Positions 13,996 through 25,650 of a DNA stretch of 64,000 nucleotides are shown one piece after another; positions within the stretch are counted from its first letter, which is position 1; each line of letters begins with the position of its first letter. Under the pieces are notes generated by a model that saw only the letters and a list, made by a program, of their open reading frames with translations, was not told the origin of the DNA and did no database searches. The stretch covers positions 26,288,001-26,352,000 of the forward strand of contig OZ024753.1 in the NCBI GenBank assembly GCA_964016885.1. Direction: 5' to 3'. The translations under genes were made by a program, and so were the position numbers. This DNA comes from Eledone cirrhosa. Its lineage: Eukaryota.

Positions 13996-14452
13996 ATGTG
14001 AATTCTTCCTCTCTTTATTTTTCTCACTTTATCTTTTTATGAATAAAAGTACCAGTCAAATACTGGGTTCCTCTCTTCTCTGTTGTTTTGCTGCTTTTTC
14101 CCTGTCTATCTTTCTGGAAGAATTGGCTATTTTTAGAACTGGAGGGGTGGGATTTGCTAGGGATTAAGGGAGAAAATGAAAGATATATATGTATAATATG
14201 TGTGTTGATGAAATTATGTTGGTTGTGGTGGTGGTAAAAATTGTTTTGCAAGATTTATCTGGAAAAATCTGTTGAATTATATTGTTTTGTTTTCACTTTG
14301 ATTTATTATATAATTGTGGTTGGTTGGTTGTCTCTCTCGTGGTTACTGGTATTGTCTCTCTGTTCTCTCGTTTGACAAACGACTTTATAAAAGCTGACTC
14401 AGTATTTTTCAATGTTTTACTGCTACTTTAAGAGACGGGTAGGCAAAGGGGG

Positions 14453-17400
14453 ACAATAATATCCGCTTACGCACCCCACTGTGGACTGCCTGGCGTTATT
14501 AAAGACAGATTCTATGAGTTGCTAATGCTCACTACCTCCCAACTAACCGACAGTGACAACATAATTGCTGGCGACCTAAATGGTCATGTTGGACAACATT
14601 GTGATGGCTATGATGGAATCCATGGCGGCTACAGGTTTGGTACCAGAAATGAGGAAGGCTTTAGAATCCTGGAATTCTGTAACTCTAATAACCTAACTAT
14701 CTGTAGCACAAACTTTAAAAATCCAGACAATCACTTGATCACCTATAGATCAGGGGAACACGCCAGTCAGATAGATTATATCCTTACCAGAAGATGTGAC
14801 AAAGTGTCTGTTGTAAACACTATTTCCCTCCCCCGTGAAGAATGCACCTCCCAACATAGCTCATAGTTAGTGACCTCATAGTCAGGACGAGACGTATTCG
14901 ACAACAGAGGAGGACTACCCTGAGAAGAAGAATATGAAAGTTAAAGGAGCCCACAGCCAGTAACAAATTTAAAAGCATATTACTTGATGCTTTTGACAGT
15001 AAAAAAGAGCAATTAGAGACGTACAGTATAGAGGAACAGTGGGAATTCCTGAAAGTTAACCTGCTGAAGGCGACAGATGAAATCTGTGGCTGGAGCAGAC
15101 CTATAGGGAGGAGGAGAGTAACATGGTGGTGGAACAGTAAGGTGGAGGAGTCAATCAAGGCCAAAAAGAGAGCTTGGAAAGTATGGCGGGATGGGGGAAG
15201 TAGAGAAGGCTATCAAGTGGCTAGGGGGGGGGGGAGCTAGGAGACAAGTGTACTTTGCAAGAAGGGAAGCGGAGGAAATAAAGTTCAAGCATGTTCTACA
15301 ACGCAAGGACCAAAAATGTGAGGTGTTCAGGATTACTAGGCAATGTGTCAAGGAAAACCGTGATATTGTCGGGGAGAAGTGTGTCCGTAATGATGATGGT
15401 GTACTTGCCATCACTGATGCTGATAAGAAGGTAGCTTGGAAGTGTCACTACGAAAGGCTACTAAATGAGGAGAATAAGTGGGAAAAACATAGTCTCCCCC
15501 AAATCGATCCAATAGAGGAACCAGCAGTGCAAGTTGAAGGTTGTATAATAAGTAAGGCAATCAAAGATATGGAGACAGGCAAAGCAGCTGGGCCTTCGGA
15601 GATAGTTGCTGAAATGTTGAAAGCATCTGGATCGGTGGAACACACTATGGTCACCCGGATAGTAAACCATGTCATACAGAATGGGGTTATACCAAATGAC
15701 TGGCATAGCAGCAGCATCATTAACTGCTACAAGGGTAAAGGAGATGCCCTATATAGGGGAAACTATAAAAGCATTAAATTAATTGACCAGGTCATGAAGG
15801 TCACAGAAAGAGTTATAGCGCAACTAATAAGAGAGCAAATTGATCTAGACGAAATGCAGTTTGGGTTTGTGTCAGGTAAAAGTACCACAGACGCTCTTTT
15901 CCTTGTACGACAACTACAGGGGAAATACCTAGCTAAAAGTAAACCCCTATACTTAGCTTTTGTTGACTTGGAGAAAGCCTTTGACAGAGTCCCCCGCTCC
16001 ATTATCTGGTGGACTCTTAGAAAACTAGGTGTTGATGAATTGCTTGTCAGAGCTATACAAACCATGTATAAAGAAACAGTCAGCTTTTCCCAGTTTGCAA
16101 GGGTGGGACGAGAACTGATTCTGGCTTGATTTCTACAGCTGGATGCCCTTCCTAACACCAACTTCATTTACAGTAAGTGCTGGGTGCTTTTTTCCGTGGC
16201 GCCTACACGTCCACTTTACACTGTCGCCTACACGTCCACTTTACACTGTCGGCTGGGTGCTTTTTTGCCGTGGCACCTCCACGACCACTTTGCAGTGGAA
16301 TGATAGGGACCCCTGTCCTATCATCTCATTTCTACAGCTGAGTAAACTGGAGCAATGTGAAATAAAGTGTCTTGCTCAAGAACACAACACATCACCCGGT
16401 CTGAGAATTGAACTCACAACCTTTCGATTGCAAGGCCAATGCTCTAACCACTAAGCCATGTGCCTCCATGAATATAGTGAAGAATTTAGTGTAAAGGTTG
16501 TTCATCAGGGCTCTGTCTTAGCCCCCTCCCACTTATTATTGCCCTTCAGGCTATAACAGAGGAGTTCAAGACCAGCTGCCCATGGGAACTCTTATAGCTA
16601 AAATTAACCTGTCTAAGACTAAAGTTCTAAAATGTGGGAAGGAAAATAGGGCACTAGTCCCATCTGGGAAATGGCCATGCTCAGTGTGTAGGAAGGGAGT
16701 AGGCAGAAACTCCATTTTATGTCCCAAATACAAAGTACGGGTGCATAAAAGATGTAGTGGGGTCACAGGTAAGCTAACTAAGAATATAGATTATATATGT
16801 GGCCAGTGCTCAGGTGCAATAAGTAGCAGCAAGTGCCCACAGAATACTAGCTCATTCCATTGCACAGATGGTTCTATAGAAATAGTGGACACCTTCCGTT
16901 ACCTGGGTGACAAATTCAGCAGTGGTGGAGGGTGCTCTGAAAGTACAGTAGCTAGAGTCAGAACGGGATGGAAAAAGTTCAGAGAGCTTATACCACTATT
17001 GGCCGCTAAAGGTTTCTCTCTAAAAATGAAAGGCAGGCTGTATGATGCCTGCATACGAACAGCAATGTTACATGGCAGTGAGACTTGGGCATTGTGTGCA
17101 GAGGATCTGCGCAGACTGGAGAGGAACGAAGCTTGCATGCTCCGTTGGATGTGTAATAGTAATATACGTGAACGGCAAAGCATAAATGAACTAAGTGAGA
17201 AATTAGGAATAAGAGGGATCAGATGCTGTTTACTCGAGAGAAGACTACATTGGTATGGTAACATGATGCACATGAAATACGACAGCTGTATAAAAAAGTG
17301 CAGGGCGATCAAAATAGACGGTAGCCACGGAGTAGGCAGACCCAGAAAAACCTGGGACGACTTGATAAATTCCGACCTCACACATTTACACCTCTCCAAG

Positions 17401-17850
17401 ACAATGTCACTGGGCCAAGATCTTTGGCGCTACGCAGTAATACAGAAGACCCGCCTTGCCTAAGTGCAAAGCGAAACCTACAGTCAGTAGGCACCTCTTA
17501 CCAAAATACACCCCCGTCCCACTACCCTATCCCCTCACCCCCATTAATACCACCCCTTTCTCTGTAAATTTATGTTGGTACCACAACACCCAGTCCTAAA
17601 TAAATGAGGTCGTGTAGGTGTCACGACTAAAAAACACACAGTCCACGCTGTAATGTGGCCGTGTAGGTAACACGGTAAAAACCTCCCAGTCCACACTGTA
17701 AACGTGGTTGGTGTTAGGAAGGGCATCCAGCTGTAGAAAACCTGCCAGACAGTCCTATATGAGCAAGAAAACCAATCTTGCCTCAAGTGGGAAAATTCCT
17801 GTACAAACCCATGCTAGCGTGGAAGATGGACGTTAAACGATGATGATGAT
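14453..17850 (+). mobile_element. RTE family B LINE, 5'-truncated in the endonuclease, degraded, interrupted by a SINE
   Basis: IISAYAP..GDLNGHVG (14519 ORF), RT domains (15191 ORF), Cys insert and thumb (16582 ORF); the 3' UTR ends GGACGTTAAACGATGATGATGA. Confidence 0.92.
16084..16468 (-). mobile_element. tRNA-headed, CORE-like SINE with RTE-type 3' region
   Basis: Minus strand has A box TGGCTTAGTGG (16458-16448), B box GAGTTCAATTC (16415-16405), CORE-like GTGTTCTTGAGCAAGACACTT, then GTTGGTGTTAGGAAGGGCATCCAGCTGTAGAAA, which is shared with the RTE family B 3' UTR. Confidence 0.8.
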
Positions 17851-18570
17851 ATGTATATAAGTATGTGTGTATATATATATGTGTGTGTTTGTATATATAT
17901 ATATGTATATATGTGTATATATGTATGTATATATGTGTATATATGTATGTATATATGTGTGTAAGTATATATATGTATATATGTGTGTATATATATATAT
18001 GTATATATGTATTCATTTCATTTCATTTCATTTGAGTTTGAGTCCATGCTCAGGCCAAGTCGAAGATTCCACCCTCAGAGTCTGGTGTGGTTGCCAGGTT
18101 GGATTCTCTGTTTAATTTTGACATGTATATATATATATATGTATATATGTGTGTATATATATGTATATATGTATATATGTGTATATATATATATATATAT
18201 ATGTATATATGTGTGTGTATATGTATATATGTGTGTGTATATATATATATGTATATGTGTATATATATATATGTATATATGTGTGTGTATATATATATAT
18301 CTATACACACACATATATACATATATATATATATGTATATATGTGTATATATTTATATATGTATACACACATATATACATATATGTATATATGTGTATAT
18401 ATTTATATATGTATATATGTGTATATATTTATATATGTATATATGTGTATATATTTATATATGTATATATGTGTATATATTTATATATGTATATATGTGT
18501 ATATATATATGTATATATGTGTATATATATATATATATGTATATATATGTATATATGTATATATGTGTAT
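17850..18570. repeat. TA/TG/TATG mosaic microsatellite with a ~110-bp unique island (18012-18123)
   Basis: Seen directly. Confidence 0.9.
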
Positions 18571-21500
18571 CATCATCATCATCATCATCATCATCAGGTT
18601 TAGCGTCCGTGTATGGGTTTGGACGGGGGTTTTCCCACTTGAGGCAAGAGTGGTTGTCTTGCTCGCATAGGACTGTCTGGCGGGTTTTCTACAGTTGGAT
18701 GCCCTTCCTAACACCAACCACATTTACAGTGTGGGGCTGGGAGGTTTTTACCGTGTTGCCTACACGGCCACATTACAGCGTGGACTGTCTGGCTGGTTTT
18801 CTACAGCTGGATGCCCTTCCTAACACCAACCACATTTACAGTGTGGGGCTGGGAGGTTTTTACCGTGTTGCCTACACGGCCACATTTACAGCGTGGACTG
18901 TGTGTTTTTTGTCGTGACACCTACACGATCTCATTTGTTTCGGCCTGGATGTTGTGGGACCAACATAACTTTACATTGAAAGGGGCGGTGTGGGTGGGGT
19001 GGAGGTGGTGGGACGGGGGTGTGTTTTGATAGAGGTGCCTACTGACTGTAGTAGGTTTTTACTTTGTATTTAGGTAAGGCGGGTCTTCTCTATTACTGAG
19101 TACCGCCAAAGGTCTCGGTCCAGTGACATTGTCTTGGAGAGGTGTAAGCGTGTGAGGTCGGAATTTATCAGCTCGTCCCATGTTTTTCTGGGTCTGCCTA
19201 CTCCGTGGCTACCGTCTATCTTTATTGCCCTGCACTTTGTTATACAGCTGTCGTCTTTCATGCGCATCACGTGACCGTACCAACGTAGCCTTCTCTCGAG
19301 TAAACAACATCTGATCCCTCTTATTTCTAATTTTTTCCTTAGTTCGTTTATGCTTTGCCGTTCATGTATATTACTATTGCACATCCAGCGGAGCATGCAA
19401 GCTTCGTTCCTCTCTAGTCTGCGTATATCCTCTGCACACAATGCCCAGGTCTCACTGCCATGCAGCATTGCTGTTCGTATGCAGGCATCGTATAACCTGC
19501 CTTTCATTTTTAGGGAGAACCCTCTAGCGGCTAATAGTGGTATAAGCTCTCTGAACTTTTTCCATCCAGTTCTGACTCTAGCTACTGTACTTTCAGAGCA
19601 CCCTCCCCCACTGCTGATTTTGTCACCCAGATAACGGAAGCTGTCCACTATTTCTATAGAACCCTCTGCGCAGTTGAAGGAGCTAGTATTTTGTGGGCAC
19701 TTGCTGCTACTTATTGCACCAGAGCACCGGCCACATGTAAAATCTATGTTCTTAGTTAGCTTACCTGTGATCCCACTACATCTTTTATGCACCCATACTT
19801 TGCATTTGGGACATAAAATGGAGTTTCTACCTACGCCTTTCCTACACACTGAGCATGGCCATTTCCCCGATGGGACCGCCGCCTTATTTTCTTTCCTACA
19901 AACTAGAACTTTAGTCTTAGCCAGGTTAATTTTAAGGCCTTTTGATTCTAGGCCGTGCTTCCACGTTTGGAATTTCTTCTCTAGTTGAGATTCAGCTATG
20001 AGCGTTAGATCATCTGCGTATAGGAGTTCCCATGGGCAGCCGGTCTTGAACTCCTCTGTTATAGCCTGAAGGGCAATAATAAATAGTAGGGGGCTAAGTA
20101 CAGAGCCCTGATGGACACCAACTTTTACGCTAAACTCTTCACTATATTCGTTGTTAATTCTAACCTTACTGACTGTTTCTTTATACATGGCTTGTATAGC
20201 TCTCACAAGCCATTCGTCAACACCTAGTTTTCTAAGAGACCACCAGATAATGGAACGGGGGACTCTGTCGAAGGCTTTCTCCAAGTCGACAAAAGCTAAG
20301 TATAGGGGTTTACTTTTAGCTAGGTACTTCTCCTGTAGTTGTCGTACAATGAAAAGAGCGTCTGTGGTACTTTTGCCTGACACAAACCCGAACTGCATTT
20401 CATCTAGATCAATTCTCTCTCTGATTAGTTGCGCTATTACTTTTTCCGTGACCTTCATGACCTGGTCGATTAATTTAATGCCTCTATAGTTACTCCTATC
20501 TAGGGCATCTCCTTTTCCCTTATAGCAGTTAACGATGATGCTGCTACGCCATTCCTTCGGAACAACCCCATTCTGTACGACTTGGTTAACTATCCGGGTG
20601 ACCATGGTGTGTCCCACCGAACCAGATGCCTTCAGCATCTCAGCAACTATTTCCGAAGGCCCAGCCGCCTTACCCGTCTTCATATCTTTGATTGCCTTAC
20701 TTATTATACTACCTTCAACTAACACTGCTGGTCCCTCTATTGGATCGATCTGGGGGAGACTGTCTTTCTCCCATTTGTTCTCCTCATTTAGAAGCCTTTA
20801 GTAGTGACACTTCCAAGCTACCTTCTTATCAGCGTCGGTGATGGCAAGTATGCCATCATCGTTAAGTACACACTTCTCCCCGACAATATCACGGTTTTCC
20901 TTGACACATTGCCTGGCAATCCTGAACACCTCACGTTTTTGGTCCTCACGTTGTAGAACATGCTTGAACTTTCTTTCCTCTGCTTCCCTTCTTGCGAAGT
21001 ACACTTGTCTCCTAGCTTCCCTCCTGGCCACTTGATAGTCTTCTCTACTTCCCCCATCCCGCCATACTTTCCAAGCCTGCTTTTTGGCCTTAATTGACTC
21101 CTCCACCTTACTGTTCCACCACCATGTTACTCTCCTCCTACCTACAGGCCTGCTCCAGCCACAGACTTCGTCTGCCGCCGTCAGCAGGTTTGCTCTCAGG
21201 AATTCCCACTGTTCCTCTATATTATACGACTCTAATTGCTCTTCCTTACTGTCGAAAGCGTCAAGTAATTTGCTTTGAAATTTATTTCTGGCTATGGGGT
21301 CCTTTAGCTTCCATATTTTTCTCCTGAGGATAGTCCTCTTTCGCTGTCTAGTACGTCTCGTCCTGACTATGAGGTCGCTAATTATCAGTCTATGTTGGGA
21401 GGTGAATTCTTCATGGGGGTGGGATTTAGTGTTAACAACAGACACTCTGTCACGTCTTCTGGTAAGGATATAATCTACCTGGCTTGTGTGTTCCCCCGAT

Positions 21501-22070
21501 CTATAGGTGATCAAGTGATTGTCTCGTTTTTTGAAGTTAGTGTTACAGATAGTTAAGTTATTTGCGTCGCAGAATTCCAGGATTCTGGAGCCTTCCTCAT
21601 TTCTAGTACCGAACCCATAGCCTCCATGGATTCCGTCATAGCCGTCACAATGTTGTCCAACGTGACCATTTAGGTCGCCTGCAATAACTATATAGTCACT
21701 GTCGGTTATTTGGGAGGTAGCGAGCATCAGTGTCTCGTAGAATCTGTCTTTTATAGCGCGGGGCTGTCCGGATTGGGGTGCGTACGCAGATATTACTGTC
21801 ACCGTAGTTTTATTGAGGACAAGTCTTATTTTAATTATTCTGTCGTTCACTCTATTTACGTCTATTATCTTATCTGCCCACTTTTCTGCTACCATGATTC
21901 CTACCCCACCCAACCCATTGTCATTTCCCACCCAGAAAAGCTTATAGCATCGCTCTTTACCCACGATGAATCTAGCCGACCCTCCCCTCCACCTGGTCTC
22001 TTGAATACAACAAACATCGACCTCCTTACGTTCAAGCATTTCTACAACCTCGTTAGAGCGACCCTTTAAG
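18570..22070 (-). mobile_element. Near-full-length RTE family B LINE (APE-EN, RT, PHD-like insert) with (TGA)n tail
   Basis: ORFs 20798..22039 and 19070..20725 are in the same frame, separated by one TAA. Motifs: CIQETRW, SAYAPQ, GDLNGHVG, VDYIL, FVDLEKAFD, GVHQGSVLSP, YADDL, FRYLG. 112-bp tandem duplication in the 3' UTR (~18670/18782). Confidence 0.95.
19070..22069 (-). pseudogene. RTE ORF (endonuclease plus reverse transcriptase) with a single nonsense codon at 20798-20800; extreme N-terminus missing
   Basis: Frame is continuous across the stop: KCHY* RLLNEE versus KCHYERLLNEE in the 15191 copy. Confidence 0.9.
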
Positions 22071-22208
22071 GTGTATATATATATATATATGTATATATAT
22101 GTATATATGTATATATGTATATATGTGTATATGTATATATATGTATATATGTGTATATATATATATATGTATATATATGTATATATGTGTGTATATATAT
22201 ATATTTAT
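22070..22208. repeat. TA/TG mosaic microsatellite
   Basis: Seen directly. Confidence 0.9.
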
Positions 22209-22807
22209 GTCAGGTCACCAGTTGGTGCTACTAGTAACATGTATCCCAGTACAACCTGTCTCATGGTCGGGTCGTTGGCGACTAAACTGGCAACCCCACC
22301 AAGGTATCTTGGTGAGGAGGGTGACTTTGGACATCCTGCAGGACTAAAAACAAAACCTGTCAAAGGACAAAAGAGTTATTAAGTGTCAATGGCCATCCAA
22401 AATCACCGGGAGAGATGACCCCTTAGTCTTTGTCAAGGCAGAATTCTAGGAGAAGGAAAACTCTGATATAACACCTGCAACCCTGATGGTATCCAATGAT
22501 GTTGACTTGTTCTTCTTTTTGATAAATATCATCTTGGTTAAGAGAGTGGGACTGGCTTTGTGCAGTGCCTTTGCTCACTATAAAAGCTTCACGGCACAGG
22601 CATTGCTTTATATCTGGAGATCTCTCTGCACTTGTCGTCACAAGGTACCATGGGCCCAGCACTATGTGTCAATAATTGTCACAAGTGTAGTGTTTGTACC
22701 AGAGTTTTCAAGTCGCTGGCTGGACTAAAAAGTCATACTTGTTCAGCGCATCGGTAGGGGTTCTCCTACATGGATAGTGGCCGTACTCGAAAACAAGTTG
22801 GCAGCCA

Positions 22808-22810
<3 letters not shown>
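22209..22810 (+). mobile_element. Bipartite non-autonomous RTE derivative (RTE 5' UTR-like head plus RTE 3' end), copy 1
   Basis: The first ~400 nt align with 27602-28025. The 3' part encodes HKCSVCTRVFKSLAGLKSHTCSAHR*, similar to family A CRQCVKECKSLAGLKSHIRASHI*. It ends GTTGGCAGCCACCA(TA)n, like family A GTTTGCAGCCATCA(TA)n. Confidence 0.85.
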
Positions 22811-22862
<52 letters not shown>

Positions 22863-23022
22863 ATTAGTTATACTATTTATGGTTATGTAAACACAAAACC
22901 TTAAGCAGTTGTAAGTATTTTACACACACCCTAAATAGTGGTAGGCAGTAATGTATTACTACCTTATTACCAGTAAGTTAAGTAGCTCAATGTAAAAACA
23001 TCAGATGATTTACAGAGCAGTT

Positions 23023-24530
23023 ATATGAAATATAAGAATCAAAGAACTGTTCAAAACATTATTGTGCTTACAGCTGTTTCCTCCAAACCGAGGTTTGGAT
23101 TCTTCGGAGCAATTTATTAATGCATGGACAGTTATATAACCTCCTTTTCAGCCGAGAGACATACCAATACATATTCAAACATTGATACATATTCAAACAT
23201 TGTGGGTCAACATTCATTACAGAATTTAGAGTGGCAGTACACACTTCGAGATTACATTTATATTAATAGGTACAATCAAAAATCAAAGATATAGGTTAAA
23301 GTACAACATGAAGATAAGTGGTTATATAGTGCAAATGTTATATGTGTGGCACGCATGTGCGTCTTGTTTATATAGTGTGGCAGAGAGATATGTGTGGTAG
23401 AGGCACTTAGGTAGGTAAATAAGAGTGTTAGGTTGGTAGATCTGGTGGCAAAGTCTTTATATGATTGATATAGTCTGTGTGTGGAGAAATATTATAAGCA
23501 TTAAAGATAGTGCAAGCATTAAAAGTGTTATAAGTATTGGAGATGCACAGCGCAGGGATGTCAAGTAATTCATGTACTTCGGCATTTTCATGGTCAAGGG
23601 AGTGTATATTTCGATTGTATATGCCTTTCACATAATCCACGACAATCCAGTTAGAGATCGTAGTCTGGTGTTCTTTAGTTCGATACAGGAGGTTGTTACG
23701 TTTCGAGAAACGCCATTGAATACCGGAAGTGTGTGTGTGGCTAAGGGGAGTTAATGCATGCGGGGAGGTAACTCTGGGGTTTCTATATCTAGCCATTAAA
23801 ATGTGTCCCAATATAGACCCTAAATTCTATGGTGAGGTGCACCTTCCAAGAGAGACTTTTAAAGCATAAAGTGTACTAACTATAGAGTAGTTTAACTAAA
23901 TTATGCTGAAGGTGATCATATTATTATTAAGGTGGATTAACCCATCTTAAGGTGCTACAAATGGAAATTATAGATGATGAGCGAGGATTCTAAATTAATG
24001 ATCTCTGTGGTTGTAGTCTGCTCATATGACCAGGCGCGGTGATTGCAGGATTGCTTCAGGACCCAATGATCTCTGGTAAGATCTGGGTCATCGCTTGCTA
24101 CATTGGATGTCGAAAGATAATCGTCCCCAGGCAGGCCAAAGGTCAATCCGCAGTCCTCGCGACCCCTCTCTGACCGTCAGATCATCCATATACGTACAAC
24201 CCGCACGGCAGTTGCATTGCATTCACTCACTGCGCTCAGCAGCCCGGTCCTACTGGTCAACAGCGCTACTCGATTAAATCATTTTACATCTGTCTAAGGA
24301 AGGTGTTTCCTCTGCCCAACACCATCCAACCGATCAATTCATGCTCAAATTACCCTTAGAGCGGTGTAGTGCCGTCCAAGTGGGTGGATGTTGTCACACC
24401 TGCCGTAGAGGTATAAATGGGTATTTTCCCTGCGAAGGGTTCCAGAGGGATGTCGTTGTTTGTGTTATAATGGATCAGCTAGTGTTGGGTATATAGTATA
24501 GGGTGTGTCTCTGGTGTTTGATGCTAGATG
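23023..24530 (-). repeat. PLE 3' pseudo-LTR (left arm of the 1508-bp inverted repeat)
   Basis: Reverse complement of 25651-27158; mirrored ORF coordinates sum to 50181. Confidence 0.95.
23061..23113 (-). ncRNA. Minimal type-I hammerhead ribozyme (variant core), copy 1
   Basis: GCU-CCGAAGA-A-UCCAAAC(CUCG)GUUUGGA-G-GAAA-C-AGCU-GU-A-AGC: stem I, core, 7-bp stem II, GAAA, palindromic mini stem III, GUA cleavage triplet. Confidence 0.75.
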
Positions 24531-24556
24531 TGGTGTTAGGTTCCAGTCCGACATTG

Positions 24557-25650
24557 CTATATATAGGGCTTAAAGTTTTGGAAGGAATGTCTGAGGCGGT
24601 GCTGGCAAGTTGCAAACACCTCAGATTTTTTTGTTAAGTAGGTTACGGTTGGAGAAGATAATATTGTGTGTCTCTAGTATACAGAGGTTACAGAATTTAT
24701 TAGGTGGTTTGTACGAGGTCGCGCTGCCTATCACTTCCCATTTGAGTGTGTATGGTTTATTTTTAGATTTTAGATAGTGTATGTAGCTAGAAAGTGAGGT
24801 GGAGTTGGCTAGGCTGTGCTTTTTGAACGAGTGGATGTGCGAGTTATATCTGATTTTGAAGCAGTTAGAAGTGGAGCCTACATAGGTTTCTGAAGAGTTA
24901 TTAGTCGTGAAGAGTTATTAGTATATGACATCCTTGGTTAGGCATTTTTTATCTAAAGGGCAGGTTCTATTAGCTCTACAGTTACAATTATTCTGTGCGT
25001 TAGTCCGCTGGTTATAATGCAATGCGGAAGTCTGTGTGGTGGATATAGGATTTTGGGTGTTCGGGTTGACAACCCTGGTGTTATTACTTATACTAGTGTT
25101 ATTTCTATTGTTACTGCCGTTGCTATTGTTGCTTGCTACAGTGGTATTTAGAGGGTTTGCATCCCGTTGTGATTTTGTTTGTTGGAAGTAAGAACTAATT
25201 TTACTATTATTGCTGCTAGCTATGTGGTATGCTAAGTTAGGCGTCGTAGAGTATGAGATTTTAATGGTGTTTTTGTTTAAGAGGTTGTGGTACTTGTGTC
25301 CTAGAGGGAAGTTTTTATCTAGTAGTGAGAAGAAAGCCCTAGGTATGTTGGTGGAGACATTTAGGTTGAAAGGAGGGTTGAAAAATGTATTATTTCTTCT
25401 TCTATTTTTGCTTTTAGTGTTTGGTGTGTTGCTTCCTCCTAAGGCCTCACAGTAGTTTCCATGGTAATGGTTACTTCCGGTGGCACCCTCCGCGTTGGTG
25501 TACTTGTGGTTGCTATTCCTATTATTAGATTTCCTCATGGACATGTTGTGCGAGATGATGTTGTAGCTATGTGTTTTCTTAGGTAGGAACTCAATTTCTA
25601 TATTATGGCCGGAGCTAGCTAATGCTTGATTGTAATATTGTGAGTTTTTG
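24557..25650 (-). pseudogene. PLE ORF 3' part (RT thumb, Cys linker, GIY-YIG endonuclease) with two adjacent in-frame stops
   Basis: DVIY**LFTTNNSSETYVGS...; the stops come from a local duplication of ACTAATAACTCTTCA. Natural TAG at 24557-24559. Confidence 0.85.

Noticed and set aside
18012-18123. Small island with a (TGAAA)n tail as a distinct element
   Set aside because: Probably the extreme 3' end of a LINE, but too short to classify.
24135-24185. HDV-like ribozyme suggested by TCCTCGC
   Set aside because: No P3/P1/P1.1 pairing could be built around it, and it is antisense to the element.
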